64,000 nt of DNA from assembly GCA_033764955.1 (NCBI GenBank), contig JANRIL010000015.1, positions 1 to 64,000 of the forward strand, given 5' to 3'. The notes beneath the pieces were generated by a model. That model worked only from the letters and a program-made list of their open reading frames with translations, did no database searches and was not told the origin of the DNA. Shown in pieces: positions 50,117-60,440 of this stretch. Position numbers and translations under genes: made by a program. Numbering within the stretch: the first letter of the stretch is position 1; the number at the start of each line of letters is the position of its first letter. Source of the DNA: Cyanobacteriota bacterium (lineage in GTDB: Bacteria > Cyanobacteriota > Cyanobacteriia > Thermostichales > Thermostichaceae).

Positions 50117-51049
50117 CTAAAGAGTTGAGGCCAAGTTAATCTGTGCAGAAGGGAGGGCTTGAATGGAGAGGCTGTATTCCAACGTATGGCGGGATCCCTC
50201 TCCCCGCAGATAGCCGGTCACCGGAGCCGCATAGGCAGGGTAAGGGCTGGCACAGAGGGCAATATGACCGTCCGCTACTGCCAACCCTTGGGTGGGATCA
50301 AAACCCCGCCACCCCGCCCCCGGCAGATAAACCTCCCCCCAGGCGTGCAGATGGGGGATAGCGTCGGGATCCGGGGTAGAGGTCACGGCGTAACCACTCA
50401 CAAAACGGGTGGCTAATCCGACCGAGCGACAGACCATCATCCAGAGCAGCGCCAAATCTCGACAGGATCCGGCCTTCTGTTGCCAGGTATATCCAGCCGG
50501 CCAGGGATCCCCCACTTCACGGGTGAGATAACGGCATTCCTGGTAGATGCGCTGATTGAGCAAGGCGAGGAAAGAAACCGTATCCGCTTGGGCTTCGATC
50601 AGCAGGTCTTGCCCCAGAGCCGTGACGGAGGGATCCCCGCTGGAGCAGTAGGGCTGGAGTTGCTGCCATAGGAAGATGGGATAATCGATGGGCAAGCGAG
50701 CCGCCCAGGGATGCAGCAAGAAGTCAAAGGGATTGGAGCGGTGGGTCACCACCTGAGACATCGCTAGGATTTCTAACCTCTCTAGGGGTTGACCAAAGCT
50801 GACCTGGGTGAGCACGTTGCCATCCAAATCCAGGCAGGTGGAGCAGTGATCAGGCTGAGGAGTTAGATTGAGGTGGAAGGACTGCAACGTTTGTTCTGCC
50901 CCCGAACGAGGGTGTAGCCGCAGGGTGTGGGGGGCTAGCTGAACGGGTTGAACATAACGATAACGGGTCAGATGTTGGATCTGATAGATCAGGGAGGAGG
51001 GTTCATTCCCAAAACTTGGTTGCACGGATTCAGAATATTTAGGTTTCAA
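50117..51049 (-). CDS. Transglutaminase-like family protein
   Basis: Y.I.H.T.Y.Y, GSCRDLA, RFVSGY, LHAWGEVYLPGAGWRGFDPT; start uncertain. Confidence 0.9.
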   Translation of the reverse strand: MKPKYSESVQPSFGNEPSSLIYQIQHLTRYRYVQPVQLAPHTLRLHPRSGAEQTLQSFHLNLTPQPDHCSTCLDLDGNVLTQVSFGQPLERLEILAMSQVVTHRSNPFDFLLHPWAARLPIDYPIFLWQQLQPYCSSGDPSVTALGQDLLIEAQADTVSFLALLNQRIYQECRYLTREVGDPWPAGYTWQQKAGSCRDLALLWMMVCRSVGLATRFVSGYAVTSTPDPDAIPHLHAWGEVYLPGAGWRGFDPTQGLAVADGHIALCASPYPAYAAPVTGYLRGEGSRHTLEYSLSIQALPSAQINLASTL

Positions 51050-51287
51050 CTGCTCATCTTCTAACCCAAGCGGTCACAGAATACCAGAGGGATCCCTGCT
51101 CTCTCGGATTTCTCCCAAGCTATCGATGGGACAATTCCTACGCATCTTCTCGATTTCTTCTCGGTTTGCCCCCCCAATTCATCCCCTCGGATCCCTACGC
51201 TAAAGGTAGAAACAAAACCCATCGGTTCCCCAGGAATGACCGCTGTCTACCACCGAATTCATGCGTATTTTGCCAGGAGCTACTGCC

Positions 51288-51641
51288 ATGTCTACCACGC
51301 TTATCAATAGGGGTCTTTCCCTTGTCACCCAAGAAGTCAATCAGATATTGAGCACATATCCTTACTATCCTCATCAGCAATTGTTTGCCAATCCAGAATT
51401 AAAGCAAAAGCTGATTGTCAATATTTTGAATCAAATCCCTGGAAATTATCAGCTCATTTCTGAAGCCATCGAAGCATGGGATTGTTCAGAAGTAATAAGC
51501 ATGGATACACCGGAACGTCGGATTCACATTCAAACCTTGATTCATCGGGGTATTGCTGATCTTTTGCAGGAAAACACCAGTTGGATTGGGCTGCAAGCCC
51601 CCAACTATGGCTTAAACAGTCCCTCCAATTGGTTTGGTTAA
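51288..51641 (+). CDS. ComFB-like protein
   Basis: LIN....LV..EV..IL..YP..P.QQ.F....L.Q.LI..ILN.IP..Y; AGGAG RBS. Confidence 0.65.
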   Translation: MSTTLINRGLSLVTQEVNQILSTYPYYPHQQLFANPELKQKLIVNILNQIPGNYQLISEAIEAWDCSEVISMDTPERRIHIQTLIHRGIADLLQENTSWIGLQAPNYGLNSPSNWFG

Positions 51642-51763
51642 GGGTAGCCCCTAAAATTTTTGAAATTTTTGCTACTGTCTTGGTTTATCCGCTTTGCTCG
51701 GTTTTGTCTCCTTGATTGCCCATCCGATTGCCCCTCATTCAACCCGATTCCATAGGTATCTTT

Positions 51764-52009
51764 ATGTACGACTATGCCCATGAGTTTGCCCTCCTCCATC
51801 CTCAACCCCAGCCTACCCCCCAATTGGAGGAAACGATTTTCAGCGAGTGTATGCAACGATTTGCCGAGCGAGTGGGCTATATTGCCAGCCTAGAGCGGCA
51901 TGGTCGCCTCAGCATGGAGCGTTCTTACCTGGAAATCATGTTTCTTTGGGAACAACTGCAACAGTCACGCATAGATTTGGGCATTTCCTTCCCGTCCAAG
52001 GTGCGCTAA
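51764..52009 (+). CDS. Conserved small cyanobacterial helical protein
   Basis: F...MQ.FA.RV.YI..LE..G..S....Y..I..LW.QL..S pattern. Confidence 0.7.
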   Translation: MYDYAHEFALLHPQPQPTPQLEETIFSECMQRFAERVGYIASLERHGRLSMERSYLEIMFLWEQLQQSRIDLGISFPSKVR

Positions 52010-52015
52010 CCCGCC

Positions 52016-53341
52016 CTATCGGGATCCCTTGCCCAACCATCGTAAGGATGGTGGAGCCAGATCGTTAGTGGCTGGCTGGCCCAACCCCAGGGTTGAACGC
52101 ACTTCCTGCCGCAGGCGGCTGAGAATGGAGGGGCTTTCTAGACGACTTAACAGATGATTGAGAGCCGCCTTGGGGCTATCTTTCCCCCAGCGACTGCCTT
52201 GCCATAGGTAGGTTTGAGCCGCATTCCTCAGCCAATAGCTTCCTAAGAGAGCCGCGCCCATCCCCAACCCTCCCGTTTCCCACCCCCCCCACCCCATCAG
52301 GGATCCCAGATCCGCTAGTAGGAGCAACCCTAGGCTCCAGGCCAGTTTTTTGCCCAGCGGGTGCAACCCATGCCGAGTCAGGGGCAGGTGATAGAAGCGT
52401 GCCATGCCTATGATCATTCCCAGATCCGCCAGCAAGCCCCACAGCAGATCAAAAGCTAGTGCCGGGGTGAGGGCAATCAATAGCGATTTCGCCACACTCA
52501 GGGGATAGCAGAAAGCGGGGTCAGACTGAAGCGCCAGTTGCTTCCTGAGCATTTGCTCGTTGAGGCGATCCAGTTGCACAAGGGCATTCAGCGCCAAGAG
52601 CGCTTCTCCCTCTTTCTGTACAATTTCTCGCAGCCGTTGCCGCAAGGGATCCAAAATCGGTTGTGGGCGTTCCCATTCGATGGTGACGCGCTGATCCGGC
52701 CAATGCACCCGCACTTTGACGGGTTTGGGGGAAGCGGCTACCAAAACGATCTCCGTCGGTGACACCAATTGCCGTAGGCGAGGACTAGTGATTTGGGCGT
52801 AGATCGCCTGTCGATCCTGATCCGGATACAGGTCAATTTTGTTAAACACCAACAGAATCGGTTTTTGCAGGGTGCGTAACTCCAGGAGAGCTTGGTATTC
52901 CAGTTGGGCAATATCTCCAGCAATAACAAACAAAATCAGATCCGCTTTTTGCGCGACATGCCAAGCCAGTTGTGCGCGGGCTCCTCCATTCACTTCATTC
53001 AAGCCAGGGGTATCCACCAACCGCACCCGCATCGGTCGCTGACCCTCCAGACCGGGATCCCATTTCACCATTCGCGGAATATGGGTAACGCCGTTCAGAG
53101 GGCCAATCGCCAGCAATGGTTTTTCGAGCAGTCCGTTGAGCAAAGCTGATTTACCGCGATTGACCATGCCAAACACCGCCACCGTCAAGGTGCGCTGGGT
53201 CAGTTTTTTTTCAATTCTTTGCAGGGTTTGCCACTCCCGTTGAGCGAGGGCTTGCTGGGAGGCAGGCCAAGTTGCCCAGCGCTGGCTGAGGGCTTGCAAA
53301 ATGTGCAAGGCATGGCGGGAGGGATCCGGCAGGGTAGCCAT
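52016..53341 (-). CDS. Era/YcjF-like GTP-binding membrane protein
   Basis: GMVNRGKS, DTPG, NKID, C-terminal hydrophobic segments. Confidence 0.85.
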   Translation of the reverse strand: MATLPDPSRHALHILQALSQRWATWPASQQALAQREWQTLQRIEKKLTQRTLTVAVFGMVNRGKSALLNGLLEKPLLAIGPLNGVTHIPRMVKWDPGLEGQRPMRVRLVDTPGLNEVNGGARAQLAWHVAQKADLILFVIAGDIAQLEYQALLELRTLQKPILLVFNKIDLYPDQDRQAIYAQITSPRLRQLVSPTEIVLVAASPKPVKVRVHWPDQRVTIEWERPQPILDPLRQRLREIVQKEGEALLALNALVQLDRLNEQMLRKQLALQSDPAFCYPLSVAKSLLIALTPALAFDLLWGLLADLGMIIGMARFYHLPLTRHGLHPLGKKLAWSLGLLLLADLGSLMGWGGWETGGLGMGAALLGSYWLRNAAQTYLWQGSRWGKDSPKAALNHLLSRLESPSILSRLRQEVRSTLGLGQPATNDLAPPSLRWLGKGSR

Positions 53342-53350
53342 GGTGGATCC

Positions 53351-54697
53351 CTAGGGCAAGCGGGAATGCATAACCTGATTCCCATTCCGATCGAGGAGCG
53401 CCCGTTTGGGGCCGTGGATCGGGTCTTCGACCACAATCGTCTGATCGCGACTGGCTCCCAGGGAGACAATAGCAATCGGCACTTCCATCAACTGCGCCAA
53501 AAATTTTAGATAGTGTTGAGCGGCGGCAGGTAGCTCTTGGATGGAACGGCAGTGTTGGGTGGACTGCTGCCAACCGGGCAGGGTTTTGTAGATAGGTTGG
53601 CATTGGGCAAAGCGGCGAGCATCACTGGGGAAATGGTGTAGCTCTTGCCCTTGGCACTGATAAGCCACACACACCTTGATTTCGGCTAACTCGTCCAAAA
53701 CATCCAGCTTGGTGATCGCCAGACAATCCAAACCATTCACCCGCACTGCATAGCGACCGATCACCCCATCAAACCAGCCACAGCGTCGTTGTCGTCCCGT
53801 CGTTGTCCCAAACTCAGCTCCCGTCTGACTAAGATAGCGGCCTGTCTCATCCAGCAATTCCGTCGGAAATGGCCCTTCTCCCACCCGTGTTGTGTAGGCT
53901 TTGGCCACTCCGATCACCCGATCAATGGAGGTAGGGCCAACTCCGGCTCCAATACAAGCCCCCCCAGCAATCGGATGGGAAGAGGTGACATACGGATAGG
54001 TTCCATAGTCTAAGTCCAAGAGGGTGCCTTGTGCCCCCTCAAACAGGATATTTTTGCGTTCTTGAATGGCATTGGTCAGCTTGAGGGCAACATCCGCCAC
54101 ATAAGGGCGTAGGCGTTCGGCGTAGCCCAAATATTGCTGAACGATCTCATCGGTGTTGAGGGGGGGCAGATTATAGAGACGCTCCAGCAAAACGTTTTTG
54201 TAGGGAACCGCCCAGGAGAGTTTTTCTCGCAGATCGTCGGGGTGCATGAGATCAACTAGGCGAATGCCAATCCGCTCGGCTTTGTCGGCGTAGGTGGGGC
54301 CAATGCCGCGTCCTGTCGTGCCAATTTTATAGATACCCTTGCGCTTTTCTTCTGCCAAATCAATGACGCGGTGATAGGGCATGGTAATGTGGGCGGTTTC
54401 GGCAATAAAGAGATTGTGGGTGGAAACCCCCAGGGCGTGCAGTTGGTCGATTTCTCCCAACAATACTTCTGGATCAATCACCGTGCCGCTGGCAATCAGG
54501 CATTGGGTATTGGCATAGAGGATCCCTGAGGGAATCAGATGCAGCTTAAAGGTTTGCGAACCTACCACCACCGTATGTCCGGCGTTGACTCCCCCCTGAT
54601 AGCGAACCACAATATGCGCTTTCTCGCTCAAGAGGTCGGTAATTTTTCCTTTTCCTTCGTCGCCCCACTGAGCGCCGATCACGACAACATTAGCCAA
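53351..54697 (-). CDS. purA: Adenylosuccinate synthetase
   Basis: [37 protein letters not shown] start. Confidence 0.97.
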   Translation of the reverse strand: MANVVVIGAQWGDEGKGKITDLLSEKAHIVVRYQGGVNAGHTVVVGSQTFKLHLIPSGILYANTQCLIASGTVIDPEVLLGEIDQLHALGVSTHNLFIAETAHITMPYHRVIDLAEEKRKGIYKIGTTGRGIGPTYADKAERIGIRLVDLMHPDDLREKLSWAVPYKNVLLERLYNLPPLNTDEIVQQYLGYAERLRPYVADVALKLTNAIQERKNILFEGAQGTLLDLDYGTYPYVTSSHPIAGGACIGAGVGPTSIDRVIGVAKAYTTRVGEGPFPTELLDETGRYLSQTGAEFGTTTGRQRRCGWFDGVIGRYAVRVNGLDCLAITKLDVLDELAEIKVCVAYQCQGQELHHFPSDARRFAQCQPIYKTLPGWQQSTQHCRSIQELPAAAQHYLKFLAQLMEVPIAIVSLGASRDQTIVVEDPIHGPKRALLDRNGNQVMHSRLP

Positions 54698-54964
54698 GCG
54701 TTTCTCCCGACATGCCCAAGGCATTCACGTACTAAAACGATACTTAACCCATACTCAACCCAAATGATCAGCCTACATCCCAGTCATGACCTGTCAGTCA
54801 AGCAAAAAAAACTGCTCCTTCCGGTCGCTGACCCATCCAACTTACTGAAAGATAGGCGGGAGATAGACGGACGTGCTGACACCAGGGATCCCTACGAGAT
54901 GGTAGAGCATGGACTCAGCCTGTTGTATGCTACTGCACAAAGGTCTGGAGCGAAAAGTCTAACG

Positions 54965-55336
54965 ATGCCGATTAGCGATGCCCTACATGTGGCTATAGTC
55001 GTCACCGATCTGGCAGCGGCGGATCACTTTTATGGTCAGGTCTTAGGGATCCCCAAGGTGGCGCGGGATCTCAATTTTCCTGGATCTTGGTATGAGGTGG
55101 GGGGCTTTCAGCTTCACCTGATGGTGGGGGAAGTGGCTCCAGTCGCCTATGCCAACCCCAAATGGGGACGACATCCTCATCTTGCCCTTAGGGTGAGTGA
55201 TTTAGCGGCGATGCAGGATCGGCTAGAGCAGGCGGGATGTTCTGTGCAAAAAAGTGCTTCTGGACGAGCCGCTCTCTTTGTCAAGGATCCCGATGGCTAT
55301 GTGATTGAGCTATCGGCAGTCCACCCATCCACCTAA
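54965..55336 (+). CDS. VOC/glyoxalase family protein
   Basis: LHVAI.V.DL....FY..VLG, QLHL, H.AL, F.KDPDG..IEL. Confidence 0.88.
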   Translation: MPISDALHVAIVVTDLAAADHFYGQVLGIPKVARDLNFPGSWYEVGGFQLHLMVGEVAPVAYANPKWGRHPHLALRVSDLAAMQDRLEQAGCSVQKSASGRAALFVKDPDGYVIELSAVHPST

Positions 55337-55408
55337 CGGAATCGGGTTCAGATCCGTCGGAATCTGATAGAAATCTTAACGTCTTATCTCGAATGCCCTG
55401 CTTGGGGG

Positions 55409-55443
55409 GTGACACTCCCCACGGTGTAGACAGATGGGGTATT
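55409..55443 (-). mobile_element. Isolated IS200/IS605-type right-end hairpin remnant
   Basis: Minus strand reads CCCCATCTGTCTACACCGTGGGGAGTGTCAC. Confidence 0.45.
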
Positions 55444-55471
55444 TCGCAAAAACAGATCAAAGGGATAGGGG

Positions 55472-56248
55472 CTAGACTAGGCGCTCTTGGTTATCGGGGG
55501 GAATATCTTGCCAGCGACCAGAACTGACGGCGCGTAGGGCTTCCGTCAGCGAAAAGGCTCCAGAGTAGAGAGCCTTGCCAACAATCACCCCCGATAACCC
55601 TTGGGGAACTAGCCGCAGTAGGCTGAGCAGATCCGTGAGGCTGGCAATGCCACCGGAGGCGATTACCGGGATCCCTGCCACCTGCAAGACCGCCTGCAAT
55701 TGTTCCAGGTTTGGCCCTTCCAGGGTTCCATCCCGCTGAATATCGGTGTAGATAATGGCGGCGGATCCCATCTGGCTGACTTGCTGGGCTAACTCTGTGG
55801 CCAGAAGCGGTGTTGTTTCCAGCCAACCACGGGTAGCCACCTTGCCCTGACGGGCATCAATGCCCACCACAATTTGTCCAGGATGGCGCTGACATAGCTG
55901 TTGTAGCTCCTGGGGATTTTCGACTGCCATCGTGCCGACAATCACCCGTTCCACCCCTTGATCTAACCACTGTTCAGCACTCCTTACGGAACGAATGCCA
56001 CCCCCCACCTGCACAGAGATAGGGAGAGCTTGCACCATCGCCCGAATCACAGGCCAGTTGGTGGGATCCCCCGTTTTGGCTCCATCTAGATCCACTACGT
56101 GCAGGCGGGTTGCCCCCTCTTGCCACCACCGCCTAGCCTGTTCTACAGGATCTTGGCTGACTACGCTTGCCTGTTGATAATCCCCCTGCCAGAGGCGAAC
56201 GCACTGCCCCCCCAACAAATCAATGGCTGGAATGACCTCAAGTGTCAT
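55472..56248 (-). CDS. hisA: ProFAR isomerase
   Basis: [42 protein letters not shown]. Confidence 0.96.
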   Translation of the reverse strand: MTLEVIPAIDLLGGQCVRLWQGDYQQASVVSQDPVEQARRWWQEGATRLHVVDLDGAKTGDPTNWPVIRAMVQALPISVQVGGGIRSVRSAEQWLDQGVERVIVGTMAVENPQELQQLCQRHPGQIVVGIDARQGKVATRGWLETTPLLATELAQQVSQMGSAAIIYTDIQRDGTLEGPNLEQLQAVLQVAGIPVIASGGIASLTDLLSLLRLVPQGLSGVIVGKALYSGAFSLTEALRAVSSGRWQDIPPDNQERLV

Positions 56249-56319
56249 GAATCGCTCCTCAATACTGATTCAACGTTAGGGGTGCCTGGGAAGAAAGGAT
56301 GGGGAGGACTGGCTTGGCA

Positions 56320-57135
56320 TTATTCGCTAGGGGGCGAAGGGTTGGGCAACCCAGGGATATCGGGCAATCCGAGAGTTTGCCAGATAGAGGCACTGCTGTC
56401 AGGATCCAACACCCGCCATGCCAACAAACCGGATCCCGTCAAGAGACCCAGAGCTACAACAATCATGATGGTATTTTGAATGGTTTTGAGAATAATCAGG
56501 AAGCGGCGTAGCGGTGGAAGCATCGTTCCCTCCACAGATTTAGCCTTAACGGGGGGTTGGTGGGAGGTTGGGGGTGGAGCCGCACGCGGAAAGGGGGCTA
56601 GCCGCAATGACTTAAGGGAGGACGCTGGAATCGGTGGCCCTGGCATGGCCGCCATCGCCTGATGAATACTGTCCGGTCGCTGATGCTGACGGCTCCACTG
56701 GCCTAACTCCGCCACCGAGATGGCCGAGAGGTTGGGGGTTTGTAGCCCTTTCATCCGTTGAACCAAAGAAGGCTCATTGCTGACCACCACCACCAGGGTT
56801 CCTTTTTGTTGTTGCGCTAGGGCATAGGCACATTCGGCAATCGCTTGCTGCAAACGGGCGCGGCGGCTGAGGCTCTGTCTTTGGGGAATTGTGCCTCCCA
56901 CCAGCGCCCCAGACTCCGACACCTGAAACTCACCGCTCGGCCAAAATCGCATAAACTCCCGTGCCAGAACTTCCTGTTCCGGTTCCACAGCCCTTTGGGT
57001 AAGATATTCCATTTCCACCTGCACCGCTTTGGGTAAGACACACTGACCAAAGCGCGCCCATTCTTGCCATTGGGAGGTCTTGCCCGCCAATAGGGCTGTG
57101 GTATCAAAAATGAGCAGAGGACGAATTTCAGCCAT
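56320..57135 (-). CDS. PIN-like domain protein with C-terminal TM anchor
   Basis: LLIFDT.ALL, P..V..E, VVVVSN; Pro-rich linker and TM segment. Confidence 0.7.
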   Translation of the reverse strand: MAEIRPLLIFDTTALLAGKTSQWQEWARFGQCVLPKAVQVEMEYLTQRAVEPEQEVLAREFMRFWPSGEFQVSESGALVGGTIPQRQSLSRRARLQQAIAECAYALAQQQKGTLVVVVSNEPSLVQRMKGLQTPNLSAISVAELGQWSRQHQRPDSIHQAMAAMPGPPIPASSLKSLRLAPFPRAAPPPTSHQPPVKAKSVEGTMLPPLRRFLIILKTIQNTIMIVVALGLLTGSGLLAWRVLDPDSSASIWQTLGLPDIPGLPNPSPPSE

Positions 57136-57255
57136 GCCGCTAACAGCCATTCCATCGGCATCGGATCGCGGAGGAACCGCATCGATGCTGATCCCCACAA
57201 TACCGTTAGCCTCAAGCAAATACCAGGGATCCCTAGCTTGCCTCGGCTAACCTGC

Positions 57256-60200
57256 CTACTCAGGGGATTGGGTGGGCAAAAAGCGCTCCTCGATTCCTCG
57301 AATCACGATATAGAGAACGGGCACAATAAACAGACTGAGCAGGGTAGACACCGCCATTCCCCCCAGCACCGCCGTTCCCAACGACTGGCGACTGCCGGAT
57401 CCCGCCCCGGTGGCCACCGCCAGCGGATAGATACCCAAGATGGTGCTGAGGGCGGTCATCAAAATAGCTCGAAAGCGGGTTTCGGCGGCTTGGATCGCCG
57501 CTTTGATGATGGGTAAACCCTCCTGACGCAGTTGGTTGGCAAACTCGACAATCAAAATCGAGTTTTTGCTGGCTAACCCAATCAGCATCACCAACCCCAC
57601 CTGGCAAAAGACATCGTTTTCTAGCCCGCGCAGCAGTTGGAAGGACAACGCTCCCAAAATAGCCAGAGGAACCGCCAACAAAATAATCAGAGGGGTAATG
57701 TAGCTCTCAAATTGGGCCGCCAACACCAAAAAGACGAAGATCAGACCCAAGGCAAAGATAAAACTAGCCTGCCCGCCCGACTCCAATTCCTCCAGCGAGA
57801 TGCCAGTCCACTCATAGCCCATCCCTTGCGGCAATACTTGGCTAGAGAGCTGCTGCATGGCTTGGATAGCTTGACCGCTACTAAAGCCTGGTTGAGCGGT
57901 TCCCTGCAATTGCACGGAACGATAGAGGTTGTAGTGGTTAATAATCTGAGGGCCGCTGCTGGTTTCCGTTTCCACGAGATTGCTGAGGGGAATCATCGAT
58001 CCACTGGTTTGGGAGCGCACATAAAACTTGCCAATATCCTCAGGGTTCGAGCGAAAGTCCTGATCCGCCTGCACATAAACCCGATAGTTTCGGTTAAACA
58101 CATCAAAATTGTTGACGTAGGTTCCCCCCAGGAGGGTTTGTAGGGTATTGAAGACATCGGTGGGTTGCACTCCCAACAACTGGGCTTTATCCCGATCCAC
58201 CGCCACCCGCACCTGCGGATCCCCAGCGCTAAAGCCCGGCGGATTAACCTGTAGCTCAGGCCGTTGGGATCCCACAAAAAATAGGGTTTTGGCGGTTTGT
58301 TCCAAAATATTCAGATCATTCAAGCTGCGATCTTGCAGTTGATAGTCAAACCCACTGGCGGATCCCAGTCCTTGAATGCTGGGTGGCTCAATCGGAATCA
58401 CTAGGGCTTGACTGATCCCACCCAAAAACGGGCCAAATAAACTACCCACAATCGCGGAGGCCGATTGATCGGGGCGAGGTCGCTCGGACCAGGGCTTGAG
58501 GCTGGCAAAAACAAGAGCATTGGCAGGCGAAGCCCCAGCAAAACTGAACCCACCAACCGCTACCGTGTCTTCCACCGATTCGATCCCTTGCAGGATGTCC
58601 GTTGCTTGACCAATCACTTGATCGGTGTAGTTAAGGGAAACCCCCGGCGGCCCTTGAATAAACGTGATCATATAGCCCTGATCTTCAGTTGGGACAAATC
58701 CAGTGGGCACAAGGGTAAACAACCAGTAGGTCAATCCCAAACAACCCACAAATAGCAGAACAATCAAGGCTCTTGCTCGTACCAATCCTCCCAAAATCCA
58801 CTCATAGCCACTGCGTAGCCCTTCAATAAATTGGTTGAGCATTCTCAAAATCCAAACTTGCTGCCCCTCCTGTGGTTTCATAAATAGAGCGGATAAGGCG
58901 GGAGCTAACGTCACGGCGTTAAAAGTAGAAATGCTCACAGAAACGGCAATGGTTAAGGCAAATTGTTGATAGATTTTGCCGCTAGTTCCTGGGAAAAAAG
59001 CCACAGGCAAAAAGAGAGCTAACAAGACCAATGTGGTAGCAATCACTGCCGTAAACACCTCTCGCATTCCCACCAAAGCGGCTTGTACAGGGGGCATCCG
59101 TTCCTCTTGGATATAGCGGGTGATATTTTCTACCACGACGATGGCATCATCCACCACTAATCCTGTAGCGAGAGTCAGTCCAAACATCGTCAATGTGTTG
59201 ATGGAAAACCCCAAGAGTTTGACAAAGGCAAAGGTTCCTAATAGAGAGACAGGAATGGTAATGGCTGGAATGAGGGTAACCCGCCAATCCTGAAGGAAAA
59301 TAAATAGCACTAACACCACTAATCCAATCGATTCCAACAAAGTTTTGATAACTTCTTGAATCGATTCTTCGATAAAGAGGGTAGTGTCATAGGGAATTTT
59401 ATAGGTGAGGCCAGGAGGAAAGCTGCGGGAAAGTTCCTCCATTGTTTGTCGAATGGTACGAGAAATTTCTAAGGCATTGGCTTCGGTGAGTTTGCTCACC
59501 CCAATCCCGACGGCATCAATGCCATTGATGCGAAAGGTGGTGTCATAACTCTGTGCGCCCAGTTCCACCCGTCCAACATCTTTGATCCGCACAATCGAGC
59601 CATCCTGACCGGTTTTGAGAATGATATTTTCAAATTCACTGATCTCCTGGAGACGGCCTTGTGCTAACACATTCAATTGATAGAGCTGATCATTGTCCAC
59701 AGGTGGGCGACCAATCTGTCCAGCAGCCACCTGCACATTTTGTCCTCGCACGGCATCGACGACATCCTGGGCACTGAGGCGCCGACTGGCCAGTTGATCT
59801 GGCTGTAGCCAAATCCGCATGGCATATTTGCGTTCGCCAAAAATTTCCACACTACTCACCCCGCGAATCCGCCTCAGGGCATCCTTGATATAGAGATCTG
59901 CGTAGTTGCTGATGAAAAGGGTATCGTATTCTCCCGCTTCGGAAGACAGGCTGATGAATTGCAGGAATGTGCTGCCACCGGATTTTTGCACACCAATACC
60001 ATTTTGGATGACTTCTTCGGGCAGTTGACTCTGCACCTGAGAAATGCGGTTTTGGACATCAATGGCAGCTTGATCGACATCCCGACTGCTGTCAAAGGTG
60101 ACGACTATTTGACTGGTGCCATCGCTAGTGCTGGTGGAGGCAATGTAGCGCATCCCTTCCACTCCATTGATCTCTTGCTCCAAAACGTTGGTGACAGCGG

Positions 60201-60378
60201 TTTCAACCGTTTGGGCGCTAGCTCCGCTGTAGTTGGCGGTCACCGTCACCGCCGGTGGGGTTACTTCTGGGTAATAGTCAACGGGCAGGAGGGGAATACA
60301 GACGGCTCCGACCAAGACGATGATGATCGAGCAGACTGTGGCAAAAACAGGCCGTCGCACAAAGAAATCGACAAACAT
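57256..60378 (-). CDS. RND efflux permease (AcrB-like)
   Basis: FF.RRPVFA, GLVVDDAIVVVEN, GL.SKNSILIVEFA, R.RAILMT. Confidence 0.95.
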   Translation of the reverse strand: MFVDFFVRRPVFATVCSIIIVLVGAVCIPLLPVDYYPEVTPPAVTVTANYSGASAQTVETAVTNVLEQEINGVEGMRYIASTSTSDGTSQIVVTFDSSRDVDQAAIDVQNRISQVQSQLPEEVIQNGIGVQKSGGSTFLQFISLSSEAGEYDTLFISNYADLYIKDALRRIRGVSSVEIFGERKYAMRIWLQPDQLASRRLSAQDVVDAVRGQNVQVAAGQIGRPPVDNDQLYQLNVLAQGRLQEISEFENIILKTGQDGSIVRIKDVGRVELGAQSYDTTFRINGIDAVGIGVSKLTEANALEISRTIRQTMEELSRSFPPGLTYKIPYDTTLFIEESIQEVIKTLLESIGLVVLVLFIFLQDWRVTLIPAITIPVSLLGTFAFVKLLGFSINTLTMFGLTLATGLVVDDAIVVVENITRYIQEERMPPVQAALVGMREVFTAVIATTLVLLALFLPVAFFPGTSGKIYQQFALTIAVSVSISTFNAVTLAPALSALFMKPQEGQQVWILRMLNQFIEGLRSGYEWILGGLVRARALIVLLFVGCLGLTYWLFTLVPTGFVPTEDQGYMITFIQGPPGVSLNYTDQVIGQATDILQGIESVEDTVAVGGFSFAGASPANALVFASLKPWSERPRPDQSASAIVGSLFGPFLGGISQALVIPIEPPSIQGLGSASGFDYQLQDRSLNDLNILEQTAKTLFFVGSQRPELQVNPPGFSAGDPQVRVAVDRDKAQLLGVQPTDVFNTLQTLLGGTYVNNFDVFNRNYRVYVQADQDFRSNPEDIGKFYVRSQTSGSMIPLSNLVETETSSGPQIINHYNLYRSVQLQGTAQPGFSSGQAIQAMQQLSSQVLPQGMGYEWTGISLEELESGGQASFIFALGLIFVFLVLAAQFESYITPLIILLAVPLAILGALSFQLLRGLENDVFCQVGLVMLIGLASKNSILIVEFANQLRQEGLPIIKAAIQAAETRFRAILMTALSTILGIYPLAVATGAGSGSRQSLGTAVLGGMAVSTLLSLFIVPVLYIVIRGIEERFLPTQSPE

Positions 60379-60440
60379 AAGCCCACCGAAAAGATTAGGA
60401 GAAAGTCAGTTGAGCAGGGTGAGAATCCAGAGAATTTGGC

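Noticed and set aside
54539..54964. Long N-terminal extension of the VOC ORF
   Set aside because: Overlaps purA antisense; the domain starts at ATG 54965
58700..59700. AT-richer, HIP-poor patch in the RND permease suggesting mosaicism
   Set aside because: Largely coincides with hydrophobic TM coding; not quantifiable here
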